64,000 bases of DNA from the human T2T-CHM13v2.0 reference genome, Homo sapiens. Every line of letters starts with the position of its first letter. Position 1 is the first letter of the stretch. This document shows positions 15,033 through 28,319 of this stretch, one piece after another. The notes beneath the pieces are model-generated. The model was not told the DNA's origin, did no database searches, and worked only from the letters and a program-made list of their open reading frames with translations. The position numbers were made by a program, and so were the translations under genes. Where the stretch lies: the NCBI RefSeq assembly GCF_009914755.1, contig NC_060934.1; one strand, written 5' to 3'.

Positions 15033-15682
15033 TGATTTTTCTCTTGCTTTTCTACAGAATAGAGAGCTGGAGTTTTATCTTATTTAAAAAGTTGTTTTGT
15101 AGTTGAATAGAATACATTCTCTGTTAATTCTGTACTATTTGTTCTGAATGACAGTTTAATTTTGACAACGATGTATTATTTTGCCACCCCGGTAACAATT
15201 ATTGATGGATATGATTAGCAGGCTGGCCGTTTTAGTTTTAAAATGCCTCTGAGACATTTCCTTTTGGTTTTATGAAAGGGCATTGCATCAATGACTACAA
15301 CAAAATTAATAATTCAGAGCTTCAAATGACCAATTCATACAGATAAATCTGTTGGTGTCTTGTTTTGCTGATAATATAAGTTTTCACGAGTTGCTTTTCT
15401 ATCAACTGACAAAAATGCTAATCGTTTTAGTATCTATATGGTACAACCTTACTTATTTTATTCAGATGATGTAAAATCAATTTAATTATGCCCCTCAGAA
15501 GAATTCTGAAAATGGTATTTGTTCAGTATATGCTAATGCAAAACATTTGAATTTGAATTCTAACTTACTTTTAAACGCAGTATTCTATTATAGAAGACCT
15601 TGATTTTTCTCTTACTTTTTCTGTAGAAAAGAAAGCTGGAGTTTTATCTTATTTAAAGAGTTGTTTTGTGGTTGAAATACAT
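15033..15682 (+). repeat. Dispersed direct repeat, ~82 bp x2 (15033-15117 and 15601-15682)
   Basis: TGATTTTTCTCTT..TTTTCT..AGAA.AGA.AGCTGGAGTTTTATCTTATTTAAA.AGTTGTTTTGT.GTTGAA is present in both copies. Confidence 0.9.
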
Positions 15683-16429
15683 GAGATCGTTTCACTGGTT
15701 TGAATTGAAAAAATTTTGCTTTTCTTCTAGAGAACAAAGGTAGTCTTACTGGTATCTTCCCCAACCTAAAAACATATCATTCACTTTAAAACTGCTGTTC
15801 AGCTGAGTAACAGCGACCTTGCCTTTAGGTTATGTTTTCTTTCTTGCTAAAGTGAGAAATGCTGCTAATTGAATCTAACCTGAAAACCAGCACTTAGAAT
15901 CTGTACTTTAATTACTGACACCACAGTGTAGGGTACCAACCTGGCTTGGCCAATTTTATTACTTGTTCTGTCAAGTTCTGTAGAAGCCACAGAAGAATGA
16001 ATAATCTCTTTTTCTATCTTTGAATGAGGTGCCAAAATAATACACTCTAGAAATACCAGAAGGAAGATACAAATATATTTTATTTATTTACAGCATATAC
16101 TCCAACAATAAGCAAGAATGGACTGGAGGCAGCTTATGATAAAAATACAGATATAAAGTTTACTCAGGACAGTAAAGAATGATCAAGAGAAAATCAGAAG
16201 CCATAAGGAAGAAAGGTAGAACAAAGACTGAGATAATTCCCTAAATTAAATATTGTATTTGTCTGTATCTTTCTAACATTCAATATCAAAAAAAAAAAAA
16301 AAGCATGACAAGTTCACGATCAAAGAGAAAGATTGTGAATTTTCAGAAGACAGAAACTTTTTCTTGTAGCTAAATCTAGGAAACATTTATAGATTGTGGA
16401 TCCATATTTAAAGGAGTTTGAATAGTATA

Positions 16430-16650
16430 GGTGGCCCAATTCAAATGCTACCTTCTTCATGAAGTCTTTTCATTCCTCTCTTCTCTTTTTCCAGTTATAC
16501 TTGTTTTCTTTTTCTCCTTTGTTTTCCTATGGCACTTTGTTGGTAGCACTCTTAAAGCATTTATAACATATTACCTTATTGTTATTTGTGATTGCATTTT
16601 GTCATCCTATTAGACTGTGATTTATCCTTTTATCCCCTGCAGTGCCTTTG
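16430..16650 (+). mobile_element. L2 3' fragment
   Basis: GGCCCAATTCAAATGCTACCTTCTTCATGAAGTCTTT...TAGACTGTGA. Confidence 0.6.
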
Positions 16651-16664
16651 TTCATAAAAGTAAC

Positions 16665-16910
16665 ATTTTTATGTGCTTTTATCACATGGCAGGCATGGGG
16701 CAACGCTTTTATGTACTTTGCTTTATTTTATCCCCACAATCCCCTCTGAGGCCATAATCTCCACAATACTGTTATTGTCTTTGTTTTACCAATAAGCAAA
16801 CTATAGTTTGAAGATACAGGAACTAATATGCCCCAAATGTCACATCTGGTAACTGGCAGATTAGAATCCATGTCTGATTGATTACAAAGGGATTGTTTTT
16901 AACCACTATG
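16665..16910 (-). mobile_element. MIR SINE
   Basis: GGCAGGCATGGGGCAACGCTTTTATG...TTTTACCAATAAGCAAACT...GTCACATCTGGTAACTGGCAGA. Confidence 0.6.
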
Positions 16911-17204
16911 TCCAATTTTGGGCAATGTTCTGCCAGTGTTTTTTTAAATTTAAATTTTTGTTTTTATATATTTTTTAACAGAAATATTCTGTCGAAATAT
17001 TCTGAATGTAGATTAAAAAATTATATTTTTCCTTCCTGACCCTCAAATTAAGGGATTGAGGGAGGCGTTTGTATGAAGTACTTTGGATGGAGGGGTTTGG
17101 ATGAAGAAGTCAGGATGGCAACCCATCCTGTATTAACCCCATACATCCTGGTTTTTGGAACTCGTTAGAAAGCCTTGAAATGCAGAAATCAGGGTCATTC
17201 TTTC

Positions 17205-17660
17205 ATATTAGTCAGGTTATTGTTTGCTTCAGTAACAAACAACCCTGAAATCTTACTGATTACAACAAAGGTTTACTTCATGCTCATTTTGAATGTCTGT
17301 CGCAAGTCGGCTGTGATTCTGCTTATTGTTGTCATCATTCTTCTACTCTTGCTGATAGGGAAGCCCTGTTTGGGTTATTGACAGCCCATTGCCAAGGGAA
17401 ATAAGACATGGCAAACATGAGCTGGCTCTAAAAGTTCTTACTTGGAATTGACATGTATCACTTCTGCCTACATTTCACTGGCCCATGAAGGTCATGTTAA
17501 CATTGTTGGGTTCAACAAAGTGGAGATGTACAAACTTCCTGCAAGAGGGGGCAACATAAATCAATTAATGTCAAATTTAATGTCACCAGAACAAGGATGC
17601 ATTCCAAAAGGGAGGTAGATTCCAGGGAGGGGTGGCAAGTATTTTTCACAATCCACCACA
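17205..17660 (-). mobile_element. Old MLT1 (I/J-type) LTR
   Basis: ATATTAGTCAGGTTA...CAGTAACAAACAACCCTGAAATCT...ACAACAAAGGTTTA...TCACTTCTGCCTACATTTCACTGGCC. Confidence 0.65.
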
Positions 17661-17844
17661 TTTTTCATTGCCTGGCTATGAAACACCTAGTTATTCTAGC
17701 TTAAGGTTTTGTTACAAATAGTGACAAAGCCATGACCATTCTGACTGGGAGAAGGTAGGACCTAAAATAAAGTAATAAATGTTAGTTACACTAATGAGGG
17801 TGAAAGAATAAGCTGAGGTCATTTTTTATTATTTCTCCATGGAG

Positions 17845-17960
17845 AAACAATGTACAAGGTCTGTACATTGGAGTAAGTCAGACTCGGGTTCAAATCCCAA
17901 CTTTACCTTAGACTTACCTGTGAGACCTTGGGCAAGTCTCTGAGCCTATTTTCTCAGATA
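17845..17960 (+). mobile_element. MIR SINE
   Basis: GTCAGACTCGGGTTCAAATCCCAACTTTACC...TGTGAGACCTTGGGCAAGT. Confidence 0.7.
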
Positions 17961-19470
17961 ATTGCAACTGCCCTTAATAACTAGCAACAATTAATATTAC
18001 AATATTTTTCCCAATAAATAATTATCACACCTCTTGTTATAATTTAGCTTATTTCTTTGTGCTCAGTACTCGGATATATCACATGGTAGCTTTTTACATA
18101 TTTAGAAAGTGTTATTAAGTCCTTACCTCCTGCCCTTACCTTCCCAGGTTTTTCAAACCATAACACATTAACCTGTTTTCCTTCACAGACCATGAACCCT
18201 AATTATTATACTCACTTACCTGTACATTTCTTATTCTTTCAACAAGTAGACCAAAGGCAAGCCTAACATACCTAGGCAGATATGAGGAATATTAAATACA
18301 GTAGGGAGATTGCCTTCTTGCTCTGAGGCTGATATGTAAGTGTATCAGATTTCATTAACCATATTGTGCTGCTGAATTATTATTCTTTCAATGTGCCGGT
18401 TAACTCAAGGTGGGAGGGAGCAAAAGTGAACAGAGCAGCCAAGAGCTAGAAATTACCTCCTTATTGGCAATCTCCTTCTCCCCAGGGCAGGAGTCCTCTG
18501 TGCCATTTATTCTGTGTTGAAACCAATTTGCTTCTTGTTCCCCCTTCAAGAAGCAACAAAGGCCTAAAACAGCGGCTATTGCCTGATAACCTGGAGATTT
18601 GCCTGTCTTGCTTGGTAAAATCTCCTCTTTGTAGATTATTGATGCATTTCATAACGAGAGTCACACATTGACTTTTCAGTGAGATAGATGTTATCTAGAA
18701 CCAGTTCTGCTTTGATTGAAACAACCTAATTCCAATGGATAAGAAATGGTATATCTTAATGCCAGTGGATTATACATTGTAATAAGGAACATTTGTTTAT
18801 TCTGATATACATCACTATGTTTATTGGGCAGATGGAAAAAATAATGCACCTGGAAGCAGACCATTTCTTTTATTGGCTGAATAAATGAATGAGATTGTGC
18901 TTCTGGGCTTGCTTTGATATCTGGGGTCACTAGGCTTACAATTTAAGATTGGGAGGGGGAGGTGGGAGGGACAAATTAGCTCAAAGATTTTGCAGACCAG
19001 TGAGCTAGGGAAATTGGGCAAAACTAAAAATCTAAGTGGAAAAGAACAACAAGGAACCATCCCATGTCTGACTGAGCATCAGATATAGGCAAGGTGATGT
19101 TTTAGTGTCCATCTTTTATGTGGATTTTCTGTCTATAGAGAGTGGGAATAAGGAATTCCCTCTGGGGAAGCAGGAGCAGTTGGTAACTTTGGTTTATGAA
19201 TTGTCTTTGGGCTGGTTTCTGGAAGCCACAGAATTGGCAAATTCTACTGTTTACATGGCAGGCACTAAAATTGCCTTTTCAAGAAGACCCCATTGGTAAG
19301 ATGCTCCTTATCTCTTAGAAAGGTTTCAACTGTTTGAGGCTTCTTAGTAGTTACCAAAGTGATCATTGGGTAGTGGGGAAACCTTTGACAAGTTTTCTAA
19401 AAGGCTGCAAAGTGTGAATGAAAATAGACACACTTAATGTTTGTGAGCTAATTGATTTAGTTGGTTTAAC

Positions 19471-19644
19471 TAGTAGTTCCAAGCTCAGCTGAAATTTGAA
19501 GCTTTAAAAAAATTCGGTTACCAAGACCCCATCTGGGACCCAAAGAATCAGAAATTCTGGGACTGAAATGAGTTGAAATTTGTATTTAAAAACTTCCTGG
19601 GTAATGCTGACATAGAATTTTTATAGAAAGTTTGGGAACCACTG
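19471..19644. mobile_element. MER5-family hAT MITE
   Basis: GAATCAGAAATTCTGG...CTTCCTGGGTAATGCTGA...AAGTTTGGGAACCACTG terminal repeat. Confidence 0.6.
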
Positions 19645-20138
19645 GGTTAGAGCATGTGGCTACTGAAGTTTGCTCTGCTTACTGATCACTTTATTATGCA
19701 TAGAGAAAAAACCAGCAAATCAGCATATGATACTCCAATGAAATGGTTTTCTATGTATGGATGAACACCAGTTACAACTAAAAGCAAAAGCACTCTAAAA
19801 GCAAATAGATAGTTTTTGATCTTTGATTTATATTGGGGAAAATAATTATTTGTGAGCAGGGCATTTTGGTTTAGTTGGAAATATTATTGAATGTCAGTGA
19901 TCTGCCAGGCACTGTGCTAGTTTCTGTGGCATATAAACGTAACATTTGATTTTTCTTTTTTTATAGAGTTTACCATTCAGTGAGTATTTTGAGAAGGTCT
20001 AATTATGCTTTTGGAATATTATGAAGGTGGTGAGGTGATGAAGTCAAGACCAATTCTCCTTGCATAGAATAGGAAAAATTGCCTTATTTGGGTGAGTGAA
20101 AGGAAAAGGGATCAAAAATACATTTGCTAACATACTTA

Positions 20139-20604
20139 TGGTAGACAATGTTGATACCCTAAGCCAGGACCTACTCATCCCTTCCCCTTTGTCATCCTCC
20201 CATTACAGGGCCTGGAGAGGTGGATCCCAGTATCCTTTGCTGCTGAATGTAGCCATGTGACCCAGTTCCAGCCAGAGAGAATTAAAGATAACTTTTCTGA
20301 AAGTTTCTGGGAAAGAGCTTTCTTTTCTAGGTCAGAAATAAGTACATTAATTGCCCTCCACTCCCACTGCCTCATGCTTCTTACCTTTGGGGATATGCTA
20401 CTTAGAGGTGGTGTGGCTATCTTGCTGCCATGAGAAAATATTAAGAGAACACCAGAATCACCAACTCAGACTTGACACTTAGGTCACTGAATGGGGGGTC
20501 CTAAATTGCCTACTTTCTCTGGAAGAAAAATGAATCTTCTATTGCTTAAGGCAGTATTTGTTGGATATTTTCACTTGCAGTCAAGAGAATTCCTAACAGA
20601 TAGA
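20139..20604 (+). mobile_element. MLT1J-type LTR
   Basis: GCCATGTGACCCAGTTCCAGCCA...TTTCTGGGAAAG...GGCTATCTTG...ACTTGCAGTCAAGAGAATTCCTAACAGATA. Confidence 0.65.
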
Positions 20605-21384
20605 GTACAATGCAGGGCATCTTTCAACTGTTGGCTTTATTTTAACTTTCAAGGTTTTAGAAAAGAAGTCTTTAACTTCCTTTTCTGACGCAGAATATAG
20701 AAAAAGATAGCGTCGTAGTGGAATGAGTTGTTTTTGCCTGTTCAATTTTCATTTTTGTTTCTTGGTGATATTATCCTGATTGTCTTGGGAGGTGCCCCTT
20801 GCCCATCCACAGTCCTTAGGGTTTAGTGGTGCTGACCCTGCTCCTGACAACAGGATTGGCTATGAGTCTTGGGCTTGAGACATCAGAATATTGCACCCCT
20901 GTGATATTGTGACTGGTTCATGGATGGGATGGAGAAACAGAGTAGAGATAGGATGTGGATGGGAATGGTCAAGCCCTTTGACTGAGAAATGCCTGAAACC
21001 TGGTTTAAATCAAGAGGTTAGTATATGAGCAGATATTTTAATAGCAAGAGTAGTTTGAGTTAAATTTCTGACACTAGCAACTAAAATAGAGCTAGTCACT
21101 ACAGACACAGCATTTTCATTATCAATGGTGTCTGTATTGGAATAGCCTAAGAGAGGCTGGCCACACATCAGGGATGCTGTAAAGGGAATTCCAGTTTTCA
21201 GTAGAAAGTTAAAGTAAATGACCACTAACATCTCTTTAAAGTCTCAAACTATATAATACTATAAAATCTTGGGCCTGTAGGGACATTATGACAATGAAAG
21301 GAGTGTGGTACCTTAAGGGATGATGCTTTTGCATAGAATATGCCTAATAAATGCCAGATGAATTGAAGGGAATGTGGGGATTTT

Positions 21385-21850
21385 GGCATCATGGAAATAG
21401 CACCAAGACTATTAGGCTAGAAATATAGATTCTGATCCCATTTCAGAATTGGATCTTATTTTAGACCCTGGCTAGCTAAATTGATCTGAGCAAGTCCTTA
21501 ACCATTGGTGACTCAGTAAACTCATTTGTAAAATGGGAATATAATTTCATGGTACAGGAAACCTTGGGAGAAGAGAAATGGAGTGGCAGAGGAACAATGT
21601 TTATCATGGATCTACTATGGATCACGCATTGTGCTAGATGCTTTACTTTTAATTATTTTATTTAGTTGTCACAACAATGAAATGAAGACCATGTTGTCAT
21701 GTCAATTTTTTAGATGAAATGATGGAAATTTAGGTGAGCTGATTAAATTTACCAGAAGTTATACAGTCAATGAATGGATTAAATATTTAAATATTTGATG
21801 CTATTTAAAGATCAAAGGCTGAGTTCATATTTACCATACCAAATTAGTTC
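21385..21850. mobile_element. Two MIR fragments in opposite orientation (+ ~21385-21550, - ~21590-21850)
   Basis: GAGCAAGTCCTTAACC...CTCATTTGTAAAATGGGAAT and CATTGTGCTAGATGCTTTAC...TTTTAGATGAAAT. Confidence 0.55.
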
Positions 21851-22618
21851 AAACCCTTTATTTTACAGACATGCATATAAGCCTAAACAATGAATGGGTG
21901 ACAAATCTGGTACTAGCCCTCATGTTTCCAGCCTCTGATATACCCTGCCAATGGTCTGCATTGCCTGTCTCATTAGAATTATTGTTTGAAATCAGACAAT
22001 AGCTAGGAAAGTGATTTGAAGGGTGTAATGTGCTATACAACATTATTTGGAACCCTGAGCTTGAAAGCTCTCAGTTCTCTTTCTCTTTTTTTTCTCTCCT
22101 TCATTAGTCTTTGCTTCTCTCTGTGGGCTTTTTTTTCCTCCTTTCAGACTGGTTATCTCAACAGAATGGCACTATTACAGTAAATCTTGGACTTAAATCA
22201 TCTCAACTTTCCCCCGGAAGAATTGGCTTAAATGAATTTAGAGGCTTATTTGCCTCACATGTCAAGAACTACAGATAGAGGCAACTGCTAGAGTTGACTT
22301 GGTAGCTTTAACATGCCAAGAAAGCATTTCAGTGGTTCATTCCTAAATTTGTTTAAGCTGGTGATGGTTTTTTTTGATACTTGAAGGTGAAATGATATTG
22401 CAGCTGATTCAAGTTGAACAACTGAAGGACAACTGAAGTCATTGTTCCAGGGCTGGGCAATTGTCTTACATCAGGTTAGACAGAGGCCTTCCCTGGGAAT
22501 ATTTGAAAGTGAACTGGTAAAGAAAAATTTTCCTTCCTATCACATGGCTACCCCTAACTGCAAGAGAGGTTAACAAATTAGCATTTAGCTTTCCAGGCTT
22601 GAGGGCAGAAGAAGATGT

Positions 22619-23013
22619 TGTAGCTATTATTAATACCTACTATTATGCAGTTCTCCTCTACTTCCAGGAACACTTCCTTACTCCATGAAGTTAAGTGTGG
22701 TCATGTGGGTAGTTTTTCCCAACATGGCATATGTAACATGTGTCATTTTCAAGCCAAAGCATTCAGGATCCATTGTGTGGGTCTCTATGCTCCCTTCCAC
22801 ACCACAGCAAGCACAGAAACGAAGCTTACTACGAGGGCGCTGCCAAACTGAAGCAGCCTCTATCACTGAGCCCTAGTATGGGAGACAGCTGTGCTGGAGA
22901 GTTGCCTGGCCTTCTAGTGGACTTGCATAGGTGGGAAATAAAGCTCTTTTAAAAAAAATCATTAAAATTCGAGGTTGTTATCACAGCATAACTTCGCCTA
23001 TCCTGAGTAATAG
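22619..23013 (+). mobile_element. MLT1H/I-type LTR embedded in older MLT1-like sequence
   Basis: GAAGTTAAGTGTGGTCATGTG...TGTGTCATTTTCAAGCCAAAGCATT...GTTATCACAGCATAACTTCGCCTATCCTGAGTAATAGA. Confidence 0.7.
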
Positions 23014-23239
23014 AGAAAGCAAAGGAAAGGAAAATGGGGTTGGAAATAAGAATTGTGTGAGCCAACTTGCAGCATCTGCCAAAGGTGAGTCATGAGATTC
23101 TTAATTAAACCACATGTTAGAGTGAAGTGGAGGTGGAGGAATGGGTAAAAGAGACAGGACTACAAAGATATTGCTGTGAGCCTAGTTACTACTATACACT
23201 TGGGTCTATGGCAATTGTCAAATGAATTCTCCTTTACAT

Positions 23240-23560
23240 CCATTAAGAAAATATTAAGCATCATTCCATGTACTTTTTAGGTACTGCAGACATCATGGTC
23301 AATAAGGTAGATATGGCCCTTGCTTTCATAGATTTTCCAGCAGGGAATCCTGCTAGTGTCTCAAAAATGGAAAGTGCTGTTGGAACCTGTAACAGATGGA
23401 TTCATAATAGGCTATGAGATCAGGGAATGCTTTCTAGAGGAAAAGATATTTAAATTGAAGCCCAATAAATGAGAATGTATTAGCTAGTTTCATAGACAGT
23501 AATGGGAGATTTCTCTAGGTAGAGAAAATAGTAAGGGCTCAGCCCCAACTGAGAAACTTC
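23240..23560 (-). mobile_element. L2 fragment
   Basis: TAGGTACTGCAGACAT...ATGGCCCTTGCTTTCATAG...ATCAGGGAATGCTTTCTAGAGGAA. Confidence 0.55.
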
Positions 23561-24979
23561 ATGGCATATGCAGGAACCATGGGCAGACTCGTAGGGACAG
23601 AACATAGAAAATTCAGGGAAAAGAATGATGCTTCTAGGTCAGTTGTAGTATTTGATTCATTTGGATATTTTCGTCACCTTATTACTCATTCATTAGGTTT
23701 CCTACTCCTAAACTCTATGTTTAGTTTCCCCTTTCCCTGGTAAATCCATAAGAACCTAGGTGCACACACTTTCCTTTGTCCTGCTGCTCAGAATGTATTT
23801 AACCCTAAGCTACTTGCCAATTTCCTCACTATAACCCTTCTACCTCCTTTTCCGTTCTTTATTTTCCTCTTGAACTAGCACAATAGTCTGTACAGGTCCT
23901 TGAGTGACATCCCCTCTGGTGAATCCAACTACAAATTCATGCTCCTTTCTGAGAAATTCCAGTCCATTGAGGTTTTATTCAGGGGATCCTGTGGAGCCTG
24001 CTAGGAATAGCTCTTACTATCTGTGTTGCTGAATGATTATTGGCTGTCCCTGTTTGTTTTTTTGGCTAGATCCCTTAATCTTTCCAACTTCACTGTGTTG
24101 AATCCATAGTCCTGGATGGCTGTATTTTTTCAACCCTTTTCTCACACTGCCAAATTTAATAACATCACCTGGCAGAGCCAAACTGCCTCTGAGGTTGTTT
24201 GGGTTTCTTTCATTTCATAGCACATTACTGGTTCTGTTTGTCTGATTTCTTGTGGAGAATTTAATACCAGCTCTAATCTGAATTTTGCAAATAAAATTGA
24301 CTGAATTCAAATTGCTTGTGTGTAACAAATACCATCACCCTGCTAAATTGCTATTTACACCAGTAAATATAAACTCAGACGCCTTTGGTTAGGCTGAGTG
24401 CAATAATTTTAGAACCCTCACCTGACACATAAACTAGAGAACTGAAATTGAAAAGCAAAACTATGAGCTGAGTGAGACAAACACTAATAAGCAACTCTTC
24501 AGACTCCCTCTACTTCACCTCACAGATCTAAGTAAGAAAACAGCCAATAATATATTACTGACATTTTCTACATAGCATTTCATGGATTGATTTGGCTAAT
24601 TGATTGACACATAATCGGCTTGTTTGAAGAGAAGCAGTGGCACGCAATTGGATCATAGTCTCTGTTTCACGAGGGGATGGAGAGAATTAGAAAGTTCAGT
24701 TCAGAAAGAAAAAGAGCCAGAGTCCAAATGTTATACTCACAGAATAAAAGTTTCATTTGGAAAATGACATATAATGAAGTCCCAAGCCTTGTGTCTAGTT
24801 GCAAGAGATCTTAAGATGGAAGGCCTATTTTCAGCAGTACTTCCACCATTTGATCATGTTAATATTATCAGAGAAGGACATTCTGAAGTCTTCATTATTT
24901 GGTCTAATTATTGAAGAAAGTTTTCACTCTGCTTACCAAAAAAGTATTACTTTTTGGGGAGGTACTCCTTATTTTGAAA

Positions 24980-25228
24980 CAGTGGTTTTCAAACTCATTT
25001 CCATGAACTCCAAATGCCTTTCATTGCCCCCAGTGCCCCTCCCATTGTTTAAAACATTTTTAAAGGAAGCCTCATATGTTCAGCTAGTAAAGGATGCTCT
25101 GCTGGAGTGGGGTGATAGGTCCAGGAACCCCACTTACACAGTCTCCTTGCCCTTCTGTTCCCGTGGTGGCTTCTAAAGGGTTCCCTGGCACCCCCAACAT
25201 ATTGGGAAGCACAGTTTGAAAACTACAT
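24980..25228. mobile_element. hAT-Charlie non-autonomous DNA transposon
   Basis: Terminal inverted repeats CAGTGGTTTTCAAACT ... AGTTTGAAAACTAC. Confidence 0.6.
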
Positions 25229-26651
25229 TTTAAAAAAAGAAGAATACAAACAATTATCTCTTGTAATTAATAGGAGCTTCCTTTCTTGTAGTTTGGGTAG
25301 ATTATCTGTGTTTTGAATCTCCACCACTGGCTAGAATGCTAAAAATGTATTTTGGACTTCCTGGACAATGTGTTTTAGTGATATTGGAACATAAGTTGGA
25401 TTTCAGTATTATGTCTTGCTCTTCAAGGGCTGGTCAAGTTCTCCTGAGACATGTTTACCAGAAAGAGCCAAAGGCAGAGTAGCAGTTAAAACATGACATA
25501 TTGAAAACCAAAGAAAACTCAAAGCAGCAAATGTCAAGGTATTGACTGAGTCTTGAAATCCATGTGTATGTCTTTTATCTAAATTTTGAAAATAAAGTAA
25601 AGGAAAAGAAGAACAAAATTTCCCAAAACCTTTAAGTTTTTCCCCTAGTATCAATCAAGGCTATTTTTACCCGAGTATTAAAGAATTCAAAATACTAGCA
25701 AGTTTCCAAGTGTCCAAGATGTAAACTGGGTTCTCATTTTGTATAATAACCTGAATCCACCCCCACTTAAAAAATATAAATAGAATTCTTCAATGTGTAT
25801 CATTGGTAGAGATCTTGTCCTATGTTGGGTTGTGGGGAGGGCTGTATTAAAAGTCTGGAGAAATAATGCAGGACTATACTTTTAATTTCTCTCTTGCATT
25901 TTTCCTTCTCTCAAAACATAAGCAGAGCTGTTTGGAGGATGATATTAGGTGAATAGGCCTTTTTTTTTTTCTTTTGAAACCTAAGATACCCCTGGGTATT
26001 TATTATCCCACTGTACCAGAACCTTGATATCATGGTAAGAAAGGTCTCTTGACTTTATGACTTCATTAACTTAAAGCCTAATGAAGTGGATTAATATGTT
26101 TGGCAACTATTATGTTTTGTTAAGCACTAAACACAGAAGCATCAAAATCCTATTTAGCTTTATAAGTAATGGCATAGCTGTTCTTTTTCCCAGGTGCAAA
26201 CCTATGATTATCTTTTAAACGTTCCATCTCAGAAAATATTCTAGTTTGGTAAATTTCTTTCTTTTTTGGTGCTGGGAAGATTTTCAGCAGTCTTAGAAGG
26301 CTAATCAACTTTCTCTGCATGAATGAACTTAATCTTCTTACATTTTAAGCTTATTCCATTCTAGGAAAAATCTGTGTTTCCTATCTACCTCCCATTTGAA
26401 CCTGTAAGAAAGTTATGACCTTGCTAACACAAAAAGTTTTTCTCAAGGTGAGTGTTTTTAGTGAATTAAGTAAAAGAATGTGAGACGATAAAAACAAATT
26501 TGTATTCTGGTTCATTCATTCAACAGTATTTATTGAACACCTTTTATATACATGATCATGTGTTAAGTACAACAAAGCATTAAGATGTAAGACCTATTTT
26601 CAAGGGCATTTTATACCAACAGATAATTTATTAAAACCTTTCCTTTCCCAC

Positions 26652-27059
26652 TGTCTTGGTCTGTTTGTGCTGCTATAACAAAATACCACAGTCTGGGTCC
26701 TTTATAAAGAATAGAAATTTATTTTCTCACAGGTTTGGAGGCTGGGAAGTCCAAGATCAAGGCGCAGGCAGATGCTGTGCCTGTAAAAGTCTTGTTTCTC
26801 ATAGATGGTGGTGTCTAGGTGTCCTCACATGGTGTAAAGGATGAAAGGGCAAAAGGTGACAAAGGCTGTGTTCTCACATGGTGGAAGAGCAGAAGTGCAA
26901 AAATAGCCTAAAATGACTCCCTTCAGCCCTTTCATAAGGCGTGAATCCACTCTTAAGGGCTCTGCTTAATCACTTCCCAAAAGGCCCTGCTTCTTATTAC
27001 CACCACGATGGGGATTAAGTCTCAACACATGGATTCTGGGGGACATTCAGATGATAGCA
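26652..27059 (-). mobile_element. MLT1A/MST-type MaLR solo LTR
   Basis: TGTCTTGGTCTGTTTGTGCTGCTATAACAAAATACC...GGAGGCTGGGAAGTCCAAGATCAAGG...GACATTCAGATGATAGCA. Confidence 0.85.
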
Positions 27060-28319
27060 TCAATTATGCACATGTGTTTTTAGTTTAGCATAGGAGATAT
27101 TTAATGGAATTCTGGATTAAATGGCTTAGCTATTATGATTAATCTTAAATTATTGCAAGATATTACCTTGCTGCTTCAAATGTTTTCCTGCTGTTTAAGT
27201 AAGAATCAATTTATGGACCTGATGACTCCTAATGCCAGAGAATGAAATACACTGGCTACAAGGCGGATATTTGACAGGTTTGACTTTCATGGTCATGTGG
27301 ATAGTTACAGTTGTGTTTATTTTGATTGGTAAATGCCCCTGCCATCTGGAAGTTACATATTTTGAATATTACCCCTGACTCTGTATCATATTACTTGGAT
27401 CAGGAGAGGCACAGGATTTATTTGAAAGGCTGTTGGGCCACTATTAATATAAAGCAATACTGTTTTATTTTAAGAAATTTCCTTTTAGAAGAATTTAGGG
27501 CAGCCATAATTTTTGAATATCAAGAAGATACATAAAATCTCACATTGTGAAAAAAAATAAACTGGGAAATTTTCCTTTCTACTATTTTCTTTGTCAGATT
27601 ATTCTAAGAATTGATTTACTCTGTGTTGTCAGTAAAACCTCTCTCTTTATGCTCTCAGTTTCCATCTGTTCCTTTTTCATCAGCTTTTCTCACTCTGTTC
27701 TAGTAGGAAGGAAATTGAATTGGAAAACAAGAATATTTGCCTCTCTGGGCCTCAGTTTCTTCATCTATAGAATGAGTATGAATCTTACAGTTATGAGTTT
27801 ATAGAATGAAAACTCAGTCTTTGAAAGATTATAGTTTCATCTTCCTTTTACAATAAGACTACTTTTTATCTCATGCCTAATACTACTTGGGTGAGTAAAT
27901 TTAATCCTGGCACTTGAGTACTTCCATCTTTTGACTATCACTTCATGGTTATGAACAAACAATTGAGTTTTAGCTCTCCTCCTCTTCTCCCCAGAATTCG
28001 TGGCAAGAAAGGTGTGCTTATGTGCATTTAAGCATGATGAGGAGTGGCAGGAGAATAGAACTGCTTCTGGATTTGGTGTTAGCTGATTGTGTCTATCCCT
28101 GTTCACCAGCCTTCAGACACTTCTGTACCAGATTTCCACAGCCTTGGGCTGTCTCCACTTCGATTCTCAGTCCACTCTGGTATCTGTGTCCATTTGGTTC
28201 TCATCTTGACTATGAGGTCTCTTTGGTTCCACTCACACTCTTGGCTCCCTCTGTGGACACAGAAAGGTTTTGCCAAGCTACTGTTCATGGCTAGAATTTA
28301 AGCTTCAGCTTTTTCCTCC

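Noticed and set aside
24799-25176. 125-aa ORF and the many other 60-120-aa ORFs
   Set aside because: No homology I recognise, often non-ATG starts or overlapping repeats; consistent with chance.
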